Positions 1 through 12,040 of a stretch of 64,000 nucleotides of DNA are shown piece after piece (position 1 is the stretch's first letter; the number at the start of each line of letters is the position of its first letter). The position numbers and the translations under genes are program-made. Source of the DNA: Azolla caroliniana (Eukaryota; Plantae; Polypodiophyta); assembly GCA_043228905.1 (NCBI GenBank), contig JBHGNT010000004.1, positions 11,966,001 through 12,030,000 of the forward strand, written 5' to 3'. The notes under the pieces were generated by a model. It had not been told where the DNA came from. It ran no database searches and was given only the letters and a program-made list of their open reading frames with translations.

Positions 1-1030
1 TTTAAGAGAAGCCCACTACGGAAAAGCTAGAGGCCACTATGCCGGCGATGCGACAACCCACAATATATGGCAAAGCGGGTTATGGTGGCCAACAACCTTA
101 AAAGACGCCATCAAGTACAATAAGGAATGTGACCTCTGCCAACGATTAGGCCAACCAACCGAGCATGCATGAATGCCCCATCACTCGGTATTACCATTAG
201 AACCATTCCAGAAATGGGGACTGGACTTTGTCGAACCATTCAAACCACCAATAATGAGGACCGGTAACATATACATTATCGGTGCCACTGACTATTGCAC
301 GAAATGGGTGGAAGCAAAGGCACTCAGGGATAATACGGCGGCATCCACAACAAAGTTCCTATACGAGCTTATATGGTGCTAGTATGGCTGTCCGATTGAA
401 CTAATAAGCGGTCACAACGTGTTATGTGGTAGTCCACAAACGCAGTACCCCATACTACCCACAGGCAAACGAACTGGCTGAATCCACAAATAAGACACTA
501 CAAAATATACTCCGGAAAATCGTCAACCAAAACCGAACGGATTGGGACACAAAGTTGCAGAGCGCGTTATGGGCGTACCGGACAACCTACAAGACAAGCA
601 TACACACAACCCCGTTCCGATTAGCATTTGGATTGAAAGTGGTCATGCCAATCGAGTTTCAGATTCTGAGTTTACAAATCCACGTCAAAGAGCGTTTGAG
701 TGAAAAGAAGTCGGAGAAGATCCAGTTGGCAACATTGTGCGAACTAGAGGAGCATTGGATAACTAGCTTAATACAGCTAGAGCTAGAGCAACGACGACGG
801 AAAGCGTTTGTGGACAAGCATCGACGCAGCAACGAGAAGGAATTCAACATCAGAAAACCGGTCTTGGTTTTCCAGACCTGGATGGGCAGCATGCCGGGGA
901 AGTTACGGTTTCGATGGACCGGCCCATTCTGGGTAACAAGGGAGTTTAATGGGTCCTACCAGCTAAGCACATTAGCCGGAGAACTTCTAAGAAAATGGGT
1001 CAACGGATTCTGACTAAAACCGTACAAAGG
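1..1030 (+). pseudogene. Gypsy integrase remnant (non-chromovirus type) with stops and frameshifts
   Basis: ORFs 173-382 and 426-1013 carry rve core and GPF-type motifs, broken by in-frame stops. Confidence 0.9.
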
Positions 1031-3026
1031 ACAGATGCTGGAAAATTTGTTTAAAGGCGAAGAGAACCCACAAAATACCGGAAACCGGATAAAAGGCAGC
1101 ATGACACCAGAGGTAACCGATTCGGTGGAACCGGGCACCACCGGTAAGCAAGGTCATCTAATTTTAAAAAAACAAAAAAAATTAAGTAAAGAAAAGTAGT
1201 CAGAAAACGATGGTCATGATGCAAAAAGGTGGAGGAAGCAAAAGGTGGGACGGCTATTATTAGGGCAAAAGATATTATTGCGAACAGACGCCAGCGAACA
1301 GGCGGGACGCGGTTATTTAAAGCACAAGACCAGGGTACACATACTAATTATGGTCCGGAGCATGCATGCATAGGAACTGAGAACTGGCGGGTCAAGAAGA
1401 TGGGGGTACAAAATCAAAGGCCAACCGAGGGAATGGTCCTTAGAGAACTTTGATTGTGGCGAGCGCAGAAAAGCACACGAACCCTCAGACACACAGAGCA
1501 CAACCTCCTCGCAAAGAAGCACACCGACAACGACGAAGAAGACTCAGGTCCCATGGCGCTTTCCAATGCAGCACGCGAATGGTTCACCAAGAACGGACTC
1601 GAGGGATTCCTTCGCATCGTAGACACACCACCGCATGAGCACCCAGAATAGGTCGCACCAACGATCAACCTTTAAGAAATAACGAAGGGCACAATCCATG
1701 CCCTCACAGGATTACAAGCGGGGGAGGGGAGGGGGGACTTTGAGCAGTGGAGAACCCATCCACAGAGACATTAAACGAGTATTTCGGCGAGTATTCCCTC
1801 ATTAGCAAGGCGTACCGAACATAAGGGGGAGAAAATCCTCTATTCTAGGAGGTGGCCCGACTGCTGCTAGAATATGGGTTCGCACTCACGACCATTGGCC
1901 ATACCAAAATACAGAACCGGATTCATTATAGCAGCATACGAGGGGCTGAAGGTGGATTGGGTGAAGATCATCACCGAATGCTTGAAATCCGCCATAGAAT
2001 CTATGGCGGAAGGGAAGAAATATTGGACAGGGGTAGCACAGTGGCTAACCTTATTAGTACCCCCCGTCGTCACCACCAAACCTAAGAAGAGGGGCTGACC
2101 AGAAACAACGCCCAAGAAAGCAACCAAGAGGCGACAACTCCTGGAAAAGCACACCCCAAGATGGACCTCAGAGGACACATCTCAACAGGAGGAAGGTCAA
2201 ACCAACCGGAGACCAGAACCGGCGGAGAAAGACACAGAGAGACCAACTAAGCTAACCGGACACAAGAAGCAGAGGATACAGCTCTAGCGGGAACAAAGCC
2301 GATCAAAATCACACTACGCCGGCAAGACCAAGAATTGGAGGACTTTATACACAAAATCTGCCTAGAGACCACAAAAGAGGAGGCTGAGGAGGAACTGGCT
2401 GAAACCTTGAAACGACATGCAACCAAGCGGGGTCAAGAGCAACGGGCGAAAGAACTGGCTCCGACTATGGTGGTGGAAACACAGGGCAGAGAGGAACCGA
2501 GGAGCGGTGTCATGAAGATTTTCGGCAACAGTGTGAAAATTGCGAGGAATGTACAAAATCGAGTGTACTTCTTCACACACAACATAAAACAATAATAGTG
2601 AAGATACTATTTTATACTAGTTTAATATCTTGGTACAAAAAGATGGAGGTCTTCAAGAGCTTTCAAATACACTTTACCACATAAGAAACAGATAACTAAG
2701 TGGCAAGTTATGTGGGTATGAAGTTTGCGAAGAACAAGAGAAAAAACAAAACTTGTAAAGGTTTTGGTCGACCGGAACCGGCCAATGACCGGACGGATCC
2801 GGTGACTGTCGATCGGACGGAGACAGTGAGACGACAACTGCCAACCAAGACCGGGACCGGATGGCAAAGGACAAGATCGGATCGGAATCTGATTGAACCG
2901 ATCGGGACAGACAAATTGGTCGATTGATCGCGGTGCATGGTGTTTTGAAGATTTTCGGTGTAAATACAAGACCAAAAGCCTAGTAGTATTTTGTGTTTTA
3001 AAATGGATGTGAGCAAGGCTTGAACC

Positions 3027-6000
3027 TGTAAGGATTTGACGCTATCAAATCTTTCGCCTCTCGGCCACAACCGAGACAACACGGATCAATGCAGCAGAAA
3101 ATGGGGAAAAAAGACACAGAGAGACGAATACACAGGGTATAACGTGGAAAACCCTAAACGGGAAAAACCACGGGAGTGCACGACTCCAACTATCACTATA
3201 CACTGGAATATACAATGGCGAGCTGCAAGGCGATGACCTTGAGCTCGCTGTCCTCGCCACAGGCGGCGGTATTACACAGAGGCGTCGACCTCTTCCTTCC
3301 TCTTCGTTCTCTCACTCTCTCTCGGCTGCACTCACTTCGCTCCCTCTTAGTGGAAAACAGAAAAAATGAGCAACAACAACATAAAACTGTTTGCCCTAAG
3401 TCATATTTATACACATATGACTTTCGGGCTATTTACAAATATAGCCTCAAGGGCCCTTGGCAAACATATTCACAGACATGTCCCCGCATCCGGATCTCTC
3501 TCCGGGTACATACGTCATCCGGCTCCGTAACCGGGGTCTTCAGCATCCGGCTCCGTAACCGGGTACTCTTCATCATACGGTTCCGTAACAGCCTCCGGGC
3601 TTGCCGTCATTCATCTCCGGACATCCCATCCGGAGGGACCGAAATCCCAACAAACTCCCCCTTCACTTCGGCATGGGATGTCTCTCTAACCCGATCCTCT
3701 TCCGGCATGCTTCCAGCTTGTCGGGTGTGAGCACCTTGGTCAGCATATCCGACCCGTTCTCGTCCGTGTGGATCTTCGTCAGCACGAACTCCTTGTCTTC
3801 TATTCTTTCCCGGATCCAGTGGTATCTACGCTGGATGTGTTTCGTCCGGGAATGGTAGGCCGCGTTCTTCGCAAGGTGGATGGCACTCAGACTATCGCAG
3901 TAGAGTCGGTACTCCTCCTGCCGGATACCGAGCTCTCTAATGAAGTCCTTCATCCATATTATTTCCTTGCCGGCTTCAACAGCCGCCATGTACTCCGCCT
4001 CCGTGGTCGACAGCGCAACCGTCTTCTGCAGCCTCGACTACCACGAAACAGCTCCACCTGCATACGTCATCACATACCCTGATGTGGACCGGCTGGTATC
4101 TGCATCAGCCGACATATCCGAATCGGTAAAGCCGTCGAATTAGGGCTTACCGGAGCCGAATCGGAGGCACACGTTTGCCGTGCCCTTCAGGTATCGGAGT
4201 ATCCACTTGACCGCGTTCCAGTGCTCTTTGCCGGGATTGCTCATGTACCGGCTCACCACTCCAACTGCATATCCTATGTCCGGTCTCGTACACACCATTG
4301 CGTACATCAAGCTTCCGACGGCAGAGGCATATGGTACTTTCATCATGTCCTCCTTCTCAGCCTTTGTCTTGGGGCTTTGCTTGCTGGACAACTTGCAGTT
4401 TCCCGGGAGGGTTGACCCGACCGGTCTTGCTTCCGACATGTTGAACCGGTGAAGCACCTTTGTCACGTACTTCTCCTGTGACAGCCACAACTGCTTCTTC
4501 TTCCGGTCCCGGATGATGTGCATCCCTAGTATTTGCCTCGCCGGACCCAGGTCCTTCATTGAGAAGGTTCGGTGAAGCGCTTTCTTCAGCGTCCGTATCT
4601 TGACCTGGTCCCGTCCGACGATCAACATGTCGTCCACGTACAGGAGGAGTATTAGAGTGTCTCCTCCTTCGAACTTCTTCACAAACACGCAGTGATCAGA
4701 CTGCGTTTTGTGGTACCCTTCGTCGGTCATGAAGGAGTCGAACTTCCGGTACCATTGCCGGGGAGCCTGCTTCAGTCCGTAAAGGCTCTTCTTCAACCGG
4801 CATACCAGGTGCTCCTTCCCTTTCTTCTCGAATCCTTCCGGTTGCTGCATGTAGATCTCTTCTTCGAGGTCACCATGAAGGAATGCCGTCTTCACGTCCA
4901 TTTGTTCTACCTCGAGGTCCATGCTTGCCGCTATGCTCAGCACCGTCCGGATGGAGGTCATCTTCACTACCGGGGCAAATATCTCGTCGAAATCGACGCC
5001 CTTCTTTTGCTGGAACCCCTTCACCACGATCCTGGCTTTGTATCTCGGGGGGTTTCCGGCATCTCCCGGTTTCAGCTTGAACACCCACTTGTTTCGTAGT
5101 GCCCGCTTTCCTTTTGGCAACTCCACAAGTTCATATGTGTGGTTCTCATGCAGGGAATCCATCTCGTCCTGCATGGCACTCAACCACCTGCGGCTCTGGA
5201 TGTCATGCTTTGCTTCTTCAAAGCTCTCCGGCTCCCCCTCGTCGGTTAGCAGCACGTGCTCTGGTTCCGGAAATCTCCGGGGGGCCCTTCTCTCTCTTAG
5301 AGGATATCTCCGTTCCGGAGCTTCGGTAACCGGTTCTTCCGATTCTTCTTCATCCGAATCCATTTCGGGATCGGGGCCGGTTCCGGTATCATTTTCATCT
5401 TCTTCGGCCGGTTCTGTTTCTTCACCGTCTTCGGCCGGATCCTCGAGTGTTAACCGGTCCCTTGCCGGTCGGGACTGCTCCTCGTAGAGTTGATCCTCAC
5501 CGGTCGACTTGGAGCTCTTCATCTTCTTCTCCGACTCCCAGTCGGCGAGTGTCTTGTCCTCCATGAAGATGATGTCTCGACTCCTGAATATCTTCTTGTC
5601 GACCGGGTCCCATACTCGGTAGCCGAACTCGTCGTCGCCGTAACCGAGGAATATGCATGGCCGGGTCTTTGGATCTAGCTTTCCTCTCCGGTCCTTTGCC
5701 ACATGCACGTATGCGAGACACCCGAACACCGTCAGATGCCGGTAGGACACTTCCTTACCGGTCCACATTTTCTGCGGCGTGTCTCCGTCCAAAGGTACTG
5801 AGGGTGATCTGTTTATCACGTATGTCGCCGTCGACATTGCCTCAGCCCAAAACCCCTTGGGTAATTTCGCATGCGCCAGCATACTCCGGACCCTCTCCAT
5901 TATGGTCCGGTTCATCCTCTTGGCCAGCCCGTTCAGTTCCGGCGTCTTCGGCACAGTAAACTCGAGCCGGATTCCCTTCGAGCGACAGTACTCCTGGAAC

Positions 6001-8393
6001 TGCCCCCGGTATTCCCCTCCGTTATCCGCTCGTATCGCTTTCAGCTTCTTGCCGGATTCTCTTTCCACTCTCGCGTGGAGTTCTTTGAAGACGGACAACA
6101 CTTGGTCCTTTGTCTTCAACGGCGCCGTCCACAGCTTCCGGCTGTGATCATCAATGAACGTCACGAAGTACTGGGCTCCGCCATGTGACTTCGTTTCTAC
6201 CTGACACACATCAGTGTGCACCAACTCCAATGGTGCGCTACGTCTCGTCGGTGGCCTTGAGTGGAAGGAGGTTCGGTTCTGCTTACCGGCCAGGCAATCG
6301 GTGCACTTCTCCAGATGCACATGCTTCACTGGAATGAGGTTGTCTTCTGCAAGCCTCTTCATCCCCTTCTCGCTCATGTGGCACAGTCTCTTGTGCCACA
6401 GCTCACCGGCAGTGTCGGCTGCCACGTTCAGCTCCTCCGGACATAGCCGGGAGTTCATCAGGTACAGGGTGTTGACCTTCCGGGCCCGAGCCACTATCAG
6501 GCTCCCCTTGCTGAACTTCATGACACCGTTCCGGATGCTACCCGTGTAGCCTTCATCATCTAGCCTCTCGGCCGAGATCAGGTTCAATCGGACCTCCGGA
6601 ACGTGTCGCACATCCTTCAACAGCATCTTGCATCCGGTTGATGTCAACAGCCACACGTCTCCTATGCCGGCAATCCGGCATGTGCCTTCATTTCCCATCC
6701 GGACACAGCCGTGCTCACCGGCTGTGTAGGATGAGAAGTATTTCTTCTCCGGGGTCAGGTGGAACGACGCTCCGGAATCGACCACCCAGGTCATTTCTAT
6801 ACCGGCAAGGTTCAGCTCCCTCTCTTCGGTAATAAGCATTATCTCTTCTTCACTTGCCGCGAGTGCCGTCGTTCCTTTCCGGTCCTGCCCTCGCCGATCC
6901 GGACCTCTCCGGTCCGTGGCTCCCCGGTATGCACCGTTTCTCTCCGGTGACTTCCTCGAATCGGTGTCGTCGGCTCCGTTGTCCTTTCGGTAATGCCGAC
7001 AATTCTTCCGGAAGTGCCCCGGCTTCCCACAGTGGAAGCATGTTGGCCTTCCTCTTGACTGTGACCGGGTCCCCCACTTCTCCCGTCTTTGCGGACTCCG
7101 GTTCCATTGTCTTCCCCGATCCGATTCGGTAAGCAGCATCTTCTGATCAGAAACCGGTTCTTTATCTCTCCGACGCGCTTCTTCGTTCAAAATACTTGTC
7201 TTTACCGTTTGTAGGGACAAGTTATCTTCGGTGCAGGAGGTGCTAAGAGTCACCACCAAGTTCTCCCAGCTGTCCGGCAATGTACACATCAGGATGATGG
7301 CTTGCATTGCATCCTCCAACGGGAACTTGATCGCCGCAAGCTGGTTCACGAATCCCATGAACGTGCTTACGTGTTCCACCATACTCTCGCCGTCCTGGTA
7401 CTTGAGGTTCACTATCTTTCTCATCAGGGAGGTCCGGTTCAACGCATTCTTCCTCTCGTAGAGGCCCGACAGCTTCCGCCACATCTCATATGCGTTGGTG
7501 TCGTTCGCCACGTGTTGTAGAACGCTCACGTCGACGTATTGCCGAATGGTTGCAACGGCTTTCCGGTTCAAAAGCCTCCACTCCGTCTCAAGTACCCCCT
7601 TGGGTATTTCCGACCTGTCGATCGGTTCATACAGGTCCCGAACAATGAGCAGATCCTCCATCTTTATCTTCCAGTCGGCGTAGTTCTGCGCATTCAGCAC
7701 CATCATCCCCGGCTGCCCGCTGCTGCCGCCTTCCATTTTCTGTGTTACCGTCGCTCTGATACCACTTTGTAAGGATTTGACGCTATCAAATCTTTCGCCT
7801 CTCGGCCACAACCGAGACAACACGGATCAATGCAGCAGAAAATGGGGAAAAAAGACACAGAGAGACGAATACACAGGGTATAACGTGGAAAACCGTAAAC
7901 GGGAAAAACCACGGGAGTGCACGACTCCAACTATCACTATACACTGGAATATACAATGGCGAGCTGCAAGGCGACGACCTTGAGCTCGCTGTCCTCGCCA
8001 CAGGCGGCGGTATTACACAGAGGCGTCGACCTCTTCCTTCCTCTTCGTTCTCTCACTCTCTCTCGGCTGCACTCACTTCGCTCCCTCTTAGTGGAAAACA
8101 GAAAAAATGAGCAACAACAACATAAAACTGTTTGCCCTAAGTCATATTTATACACATATGACTTTCGGGCTATTTACAAATATAGCCTCAAGGGCCCTTG
8201 GCAAACATATTCACAGACATGTCCCCGCATCCGGATCTCTCTCCGGGTACATACGTCATCCGGCTCCGTAACCGGGGTCTTCAGCATCCGGCTCCGTAAC
8301 CGGGTACTCTTCATCATACGGTTCCGTAACAGCCTCCGGGCTTGCCGTCATTCATCTCCAGACATCCCATCCGGAGGGACCGAAATCCCAACA
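3027..8393 (-). mobile_element. Full-length young Ty1/copia element C (Tnt1/Tork-like), 5367 bp
   Basis: 626-bp LTRs at 3027-3652 and 7768-8393 (about 3 differences seen). GAACC TSD at 3022-3026 and 8394-8398. tRNA-iMet PBS at 7753-7764. PPT at 3653-3667. Confidence 0.98.
3663..7736 (-). pseudogene. Copia C gag-pol polyprotein (gag CCHC, protease, integrase, RT, RNase H) with two premature stops in RNase H
   Basis: CFHCGKPGHFRKNC, WVVDSGAS, LVHTDV/RADNGGEY, LLYVDD and CDSLSAI motifs. Stops are TAA at 4140-4142 and TAG at 4038-4040; the paralog F has Gln at both positions. Confidence 0.95.
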
Positions 8394-8931
8394 GAACCTT
8401 GCACCTCCAAGTTAAAAGTCAATAGGCTTACGACTAAGCCAAGTCATATCTTCAAAAGTTTTACTTTGATCATTTTACATGTAATTCTCATACACGAGAG
8501 CTTAGATGATGACATGGCAAACATGCATTTCATGCATTACATGCATGTCTTGCACCCTCACATGCACCATATGCATGGGGGCATCTATAAAAGAGTGGAG
8601 GACTCAAGCAAGAGGAAACTAATGAAAAATTTGGGAAAAATAAGAAACTTGTAATCCTATTGTTGATGTATCTTCTCTTTTAAATCTAAAAGTTAAAAGT
8701 TGAATCTTTATCTCAATATCTCTCTTTCGTCATATCAATCTCTCTCAATCTATCTTAAATACTTTCTCGCTAAAGTTAGTGCAAACTTCGAATCCTTCCG
8801 GTCCAGAACCCTGGTGGTTCTGCCTCACGATCCGCACGTAGTGATGGATCTTCATGACATAATTAAGTGGTGAACCCAACGTGAAAGAGGCGGTAGGAAG
8901 GATCAAGTCGAGGATCAACCGATACTTGGAG

Positions 8932-9607
8932 ATGGCGTCATCAAGCAATCAAGCGGGAGAGTTCGAAAGGATGATGCTAATTGTCAAACAAATGATGAGA
9001 TCTCAAGACAACGATATGAGTGTGGAGAAGGTCATCGACCGTGTCGTGGATCTCGAGGGTCAATTTGATGGAAGGAACATTACGATGTTCCTTGATGCAT
9101 ACAAAAGGGAGATGAATCAGAGGGATGTGTCTGAAGCACATCAAATCGCAAGTTTCAAGAGAGTGGTCGCCAACAACGTCCAAAGGCGCGTCATCGAGCT
9201 TCAAGAAGGGAAGACAACATGGTCCGTGTTCGAGAAAGCGATATTAATGGAGTTTGTGATGGAAGATTTGTCGAGGATGACTCAACATGCCTTGATAAAG
9301 TGGATAGAAAAGAAGAATAAGTGGATGAGCGCTTCGAGGGTGTACGACGAGTTCAACCAAGTGTTTCATCATCTCCCCGCCACGGACCAAGTGCTGCTTG
9401 AGGAGGACAAAACTTTGTACTTCTTGAAATCTGTATATGTGAAGGATAGACGAGAATTGGGGACTCTCCTCGAAGATGATTCCCAAGTGAATGGACTTGT
9501 GGCAGACTGGGTTGTGGTGAAGCGAGCGTGCAACAAGATCGATAGGCGTCGTCAATGGCTTCATAATATTGACTTGGTAAGGTCAAGCGTAGAAAAATCA
9601 AGACCAT
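8932..9607 (+). pseudogene. Truncated gag of gypsy B
   Basis: ORF just after the PBS (MASSSNQ...FDGRNITMFLDAY) is cut by the deletion that fuses it to the 3' LTR end. Confidence 0.7.
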
Positions 9608-11576
9608 CTAAAGTTAGTGCAAACTTTGAATCCTTCAGGTCTAGAACCCCAACGGATCTTCACAACAGCGGACAGAGCAAGGCACCAGTCGGCCAACCAC
9701 CATCGGGCAGGGAGCAAGGCCTTTCACCGGGTCTGAGTCCCAAGTAGCAGCCGGAGCCGCCACTAAGCAAGGGTGCACAAAGCACCCCAACGGATGGGGA
9801 ACAACATGGGCTGGAACAGGGCACATGCCAACAATGGTTAAGATGGTTGGGAGAGCAAGTCGTCGACGTGGTAGACCAACTGGACGAGGAACAAAGGCAA
9901 AATAGACACCTCGTGCGCACAATTGCCGAAGAACTAGAGAAGGTCAGAGCCCAGATGCGGGCATAGAAGAAGAGTTAACAAACGCCAAGGAATACATGGC
10001 CAACATGGCCAACATGGGCCAACAAACGAGTATCGACACAGAACCAAGGAAGCAGAAGGCAACCCCGGAACCAGAATTGGAACCGGCGATGGATACAACC
10101 TCGAAAACCGGCACTGAGTCCACCCAAGAACTAAGGACCTTAAGAGAAGAATTGGTGGCTCAGGAGGCACTAAGAGGAAATGAAAGGGAACATAAGAAAT
10201 TGGTTGAGGAAGAACGACGGAGAGTCGAGGAGAACCTCTGAAAGAGCCACGCCAACAATGGCCGGCTAAAGGAATAAAGGGAAAAGTTGTTGCAGGAGAA
10301 GGATAGGCTCTGCCGATAAACTGAAACAGAAATAGAACGACTGAAAGAGGAGCTCAGACAGCAGAAAGACGGGGATGACCGGTTGTGTTCCCAAATAAAT
10401 TGACAACTCAAGCCGAAGACCTAAGATTTTGATAAACTGTACCGGGAGCATAAGCAAACAGAGGCAGATTACAAGAGGCGGGGAGCAGAATTCGACCGGC
10501 AACAGGATAGATTGAAGGAGCTGTTGAAGGAGGCACGGACAGACCTAGCACAAAAAATGGACGAACTTGAGAAGAAAACGGAAGCTTTGGCAGAGGAAAA
10601 GACAAAGGCGGTAGAAACGGCAAGGCTATTGGAAGAAGCGGAAAAGGAAAAGCCGAAGCTCAATAAGCAGTGGTTTGAGGAGGCGGAACGGGCAAGGGTA
10701 GTGCCAAACAACCTCCAAACAACTTATCAGCACCAGGTGATTGGGTATGAAAGTCAAGCCGCCGCCGCTACTAAAATCATAGCAAGGCTGAAAAGTGACA
10801 AACAGGAGGTCGAAGAACGCGCCAAGCTCGGTGTGGATAGAATCTGGCACATAATGTCGGCATGGAGGGACCGGACCGAGACAAGAATCAAGGAGTGTTC
10901 GGAGAAAGTGTGGAAGGAGTGGTCACAGCAAGCGGCGGAACTAAAGACATTTCGGGCAATTGCTGAGAACCGGAGGAAGGCCGGTGATAAATTCTACAAG
11001 ATGGATGAAGAGAGCATCGTCGCCATAAGGGAAGAATTGTTAGACGACTTCTTTTCCTTAGTCGAGGAGCATCTGGGAGCAGTCCAGGGTCTTGTGGAAA
11101 GGTTGGATGATGACCAGCTTAACACTCAACTGCAATTGGAAAAGTACAAGCGGGAGCGTCAACAGCAGGAAGCCATGGAACGAACAACGCCCATCACCAT
11201 AACTCATGAGGAGCAGCCAGAAGAAGGGCCACAAAGGACACGGATGGGCCGCCACTAACGGCAACCGGTGAAGAGCCGAGGGCCGAAACGGAAGTAGAGA
11301 CAATCGCCGAAACAAAGGAGCAGCCTCTAAAGGAAGTCGGGGAAACAATAGAAGCAATTGTAACAGCAGAGCAACCGGTTGATACCGGTGATAGAAGAGA
11401 TCTCGACACCGAAGCAGAGCAACAAGCACCGAAGGAGAGCGGAGTTGGAGAACCGGTACAACAGGAGCCAATGAGGGTTGAAGAACCGGAGCAGCCACTC
11501 CAACCAGATTCGGACAATGCGGCAGGGGCAGAGCAGCAGTAGAACATAGTACCACTCAACCCTCTGGAGCAAAGTC

Positions 11577-12040
11577 TGTTGATATTTTGGACGAAGAGTG
11601 AGGTAGTTGTGTGGGTTCGAAGTGCAACGCACTTTCCTACGGGCGTGCCATGTGTTGGCCGGTTAAGGGCCAAAGGATAAGTGGGAAAAGGGCGAGTCAG
11701 AGATATATATATATTTAGAAATAAATAGAATTAGTATTCGGAGGGACGGATTCGGTATAGTTGAACCGATTCATAGCCGATTGTCGATAGGGCACTGTTT
11801 TGTAATGACACCGGATTCCTATAAAAGGATTCGACCCGATGTAATGTTTACGGAAGTAATAGAAGATTACATATATCGATTAATTAATGCTTGCGTCTTG
11901 TATACTTGCCTTGCCGTCTACAATTAATATTAAGATCTTATGCATGTTAATTACGGAAGCATCCTAACCTTACCACCCTTTGGAGAAGTGCTCCGGAAGA
12001 GGACACCTTGTGTTGTGGCTAGTCCGGCCAAGGATCAACA
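11577..12040 (+). repeat. 3' LTR of gypsy A (~464 bp)
   Basis: TGTTGAT...ATCAACA inverted termini and a TATAAAA box near 11820. The partner LTR is outside the window and the PPT is atypical. Confidence 0.7.

Larger units (their letters stand above)
2508..9667 (+). mobile_element. Internally deleted Ty3/gypsy element B (5' LTR, tRNA-Trp PBS, partial gag, last ~60 bp of 3' LTR), with copia C inserted in its LTR
   Basis: LTR 2508-8859 has TGTCATGAAGAT...ATCTTCATGACA termini and matches LTR 13160-14374. PBS TGGTGAACCCAACGTGA at 8868-8884. An LTR-end copy sits at ~9608-9667. GCGG TSD at 2504-2507 and 9668-9671. Confidence 0.85.
1553..11542 (+). pseudogene. Extra sense-strand ORF of gypsy A between pol and 3' LTR (1553-2507 joined to 9672-11542), coiled-coil rich, decayed
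   Basis: Removing gypsy B restores the frame ...EEPRSG|QSKAPVGQPP. The fragments 1454-1651, 1874-2098, 2335-2507, 9996-10241 and 10512-11258 (E/K/Q-rich heptads) are collinear. Confidence 0.7.
1..12040 (+). mobile_element. Ty3/gypsy element A (3' part: integrase, extra ORF, 3' LTR); 5' part lies left of the window; interrupted by gypsy B
   Basis: Degenerate integrase at 1-1030 ([35 protein letters not shown]). LTR at 11577-12040 has TGTTGAT...ATCAACA termini. The next base resumes a different integrase (family B'). Confidence 0.85.

Noticed and set aside
4140-4142. Programmed stop-codon readthrough in copia C pol
   Set aside because: Paralog F has CAA here and a second stop follows; simple mutation explains it.
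2491-8884. Tandem gypsy elements sharing one central LTR
   Set aside because: The GCGG TSD and the restored host frame show the LTR belongs to an inserted element; the purine run before 2508 is host ORF, not a PPT.
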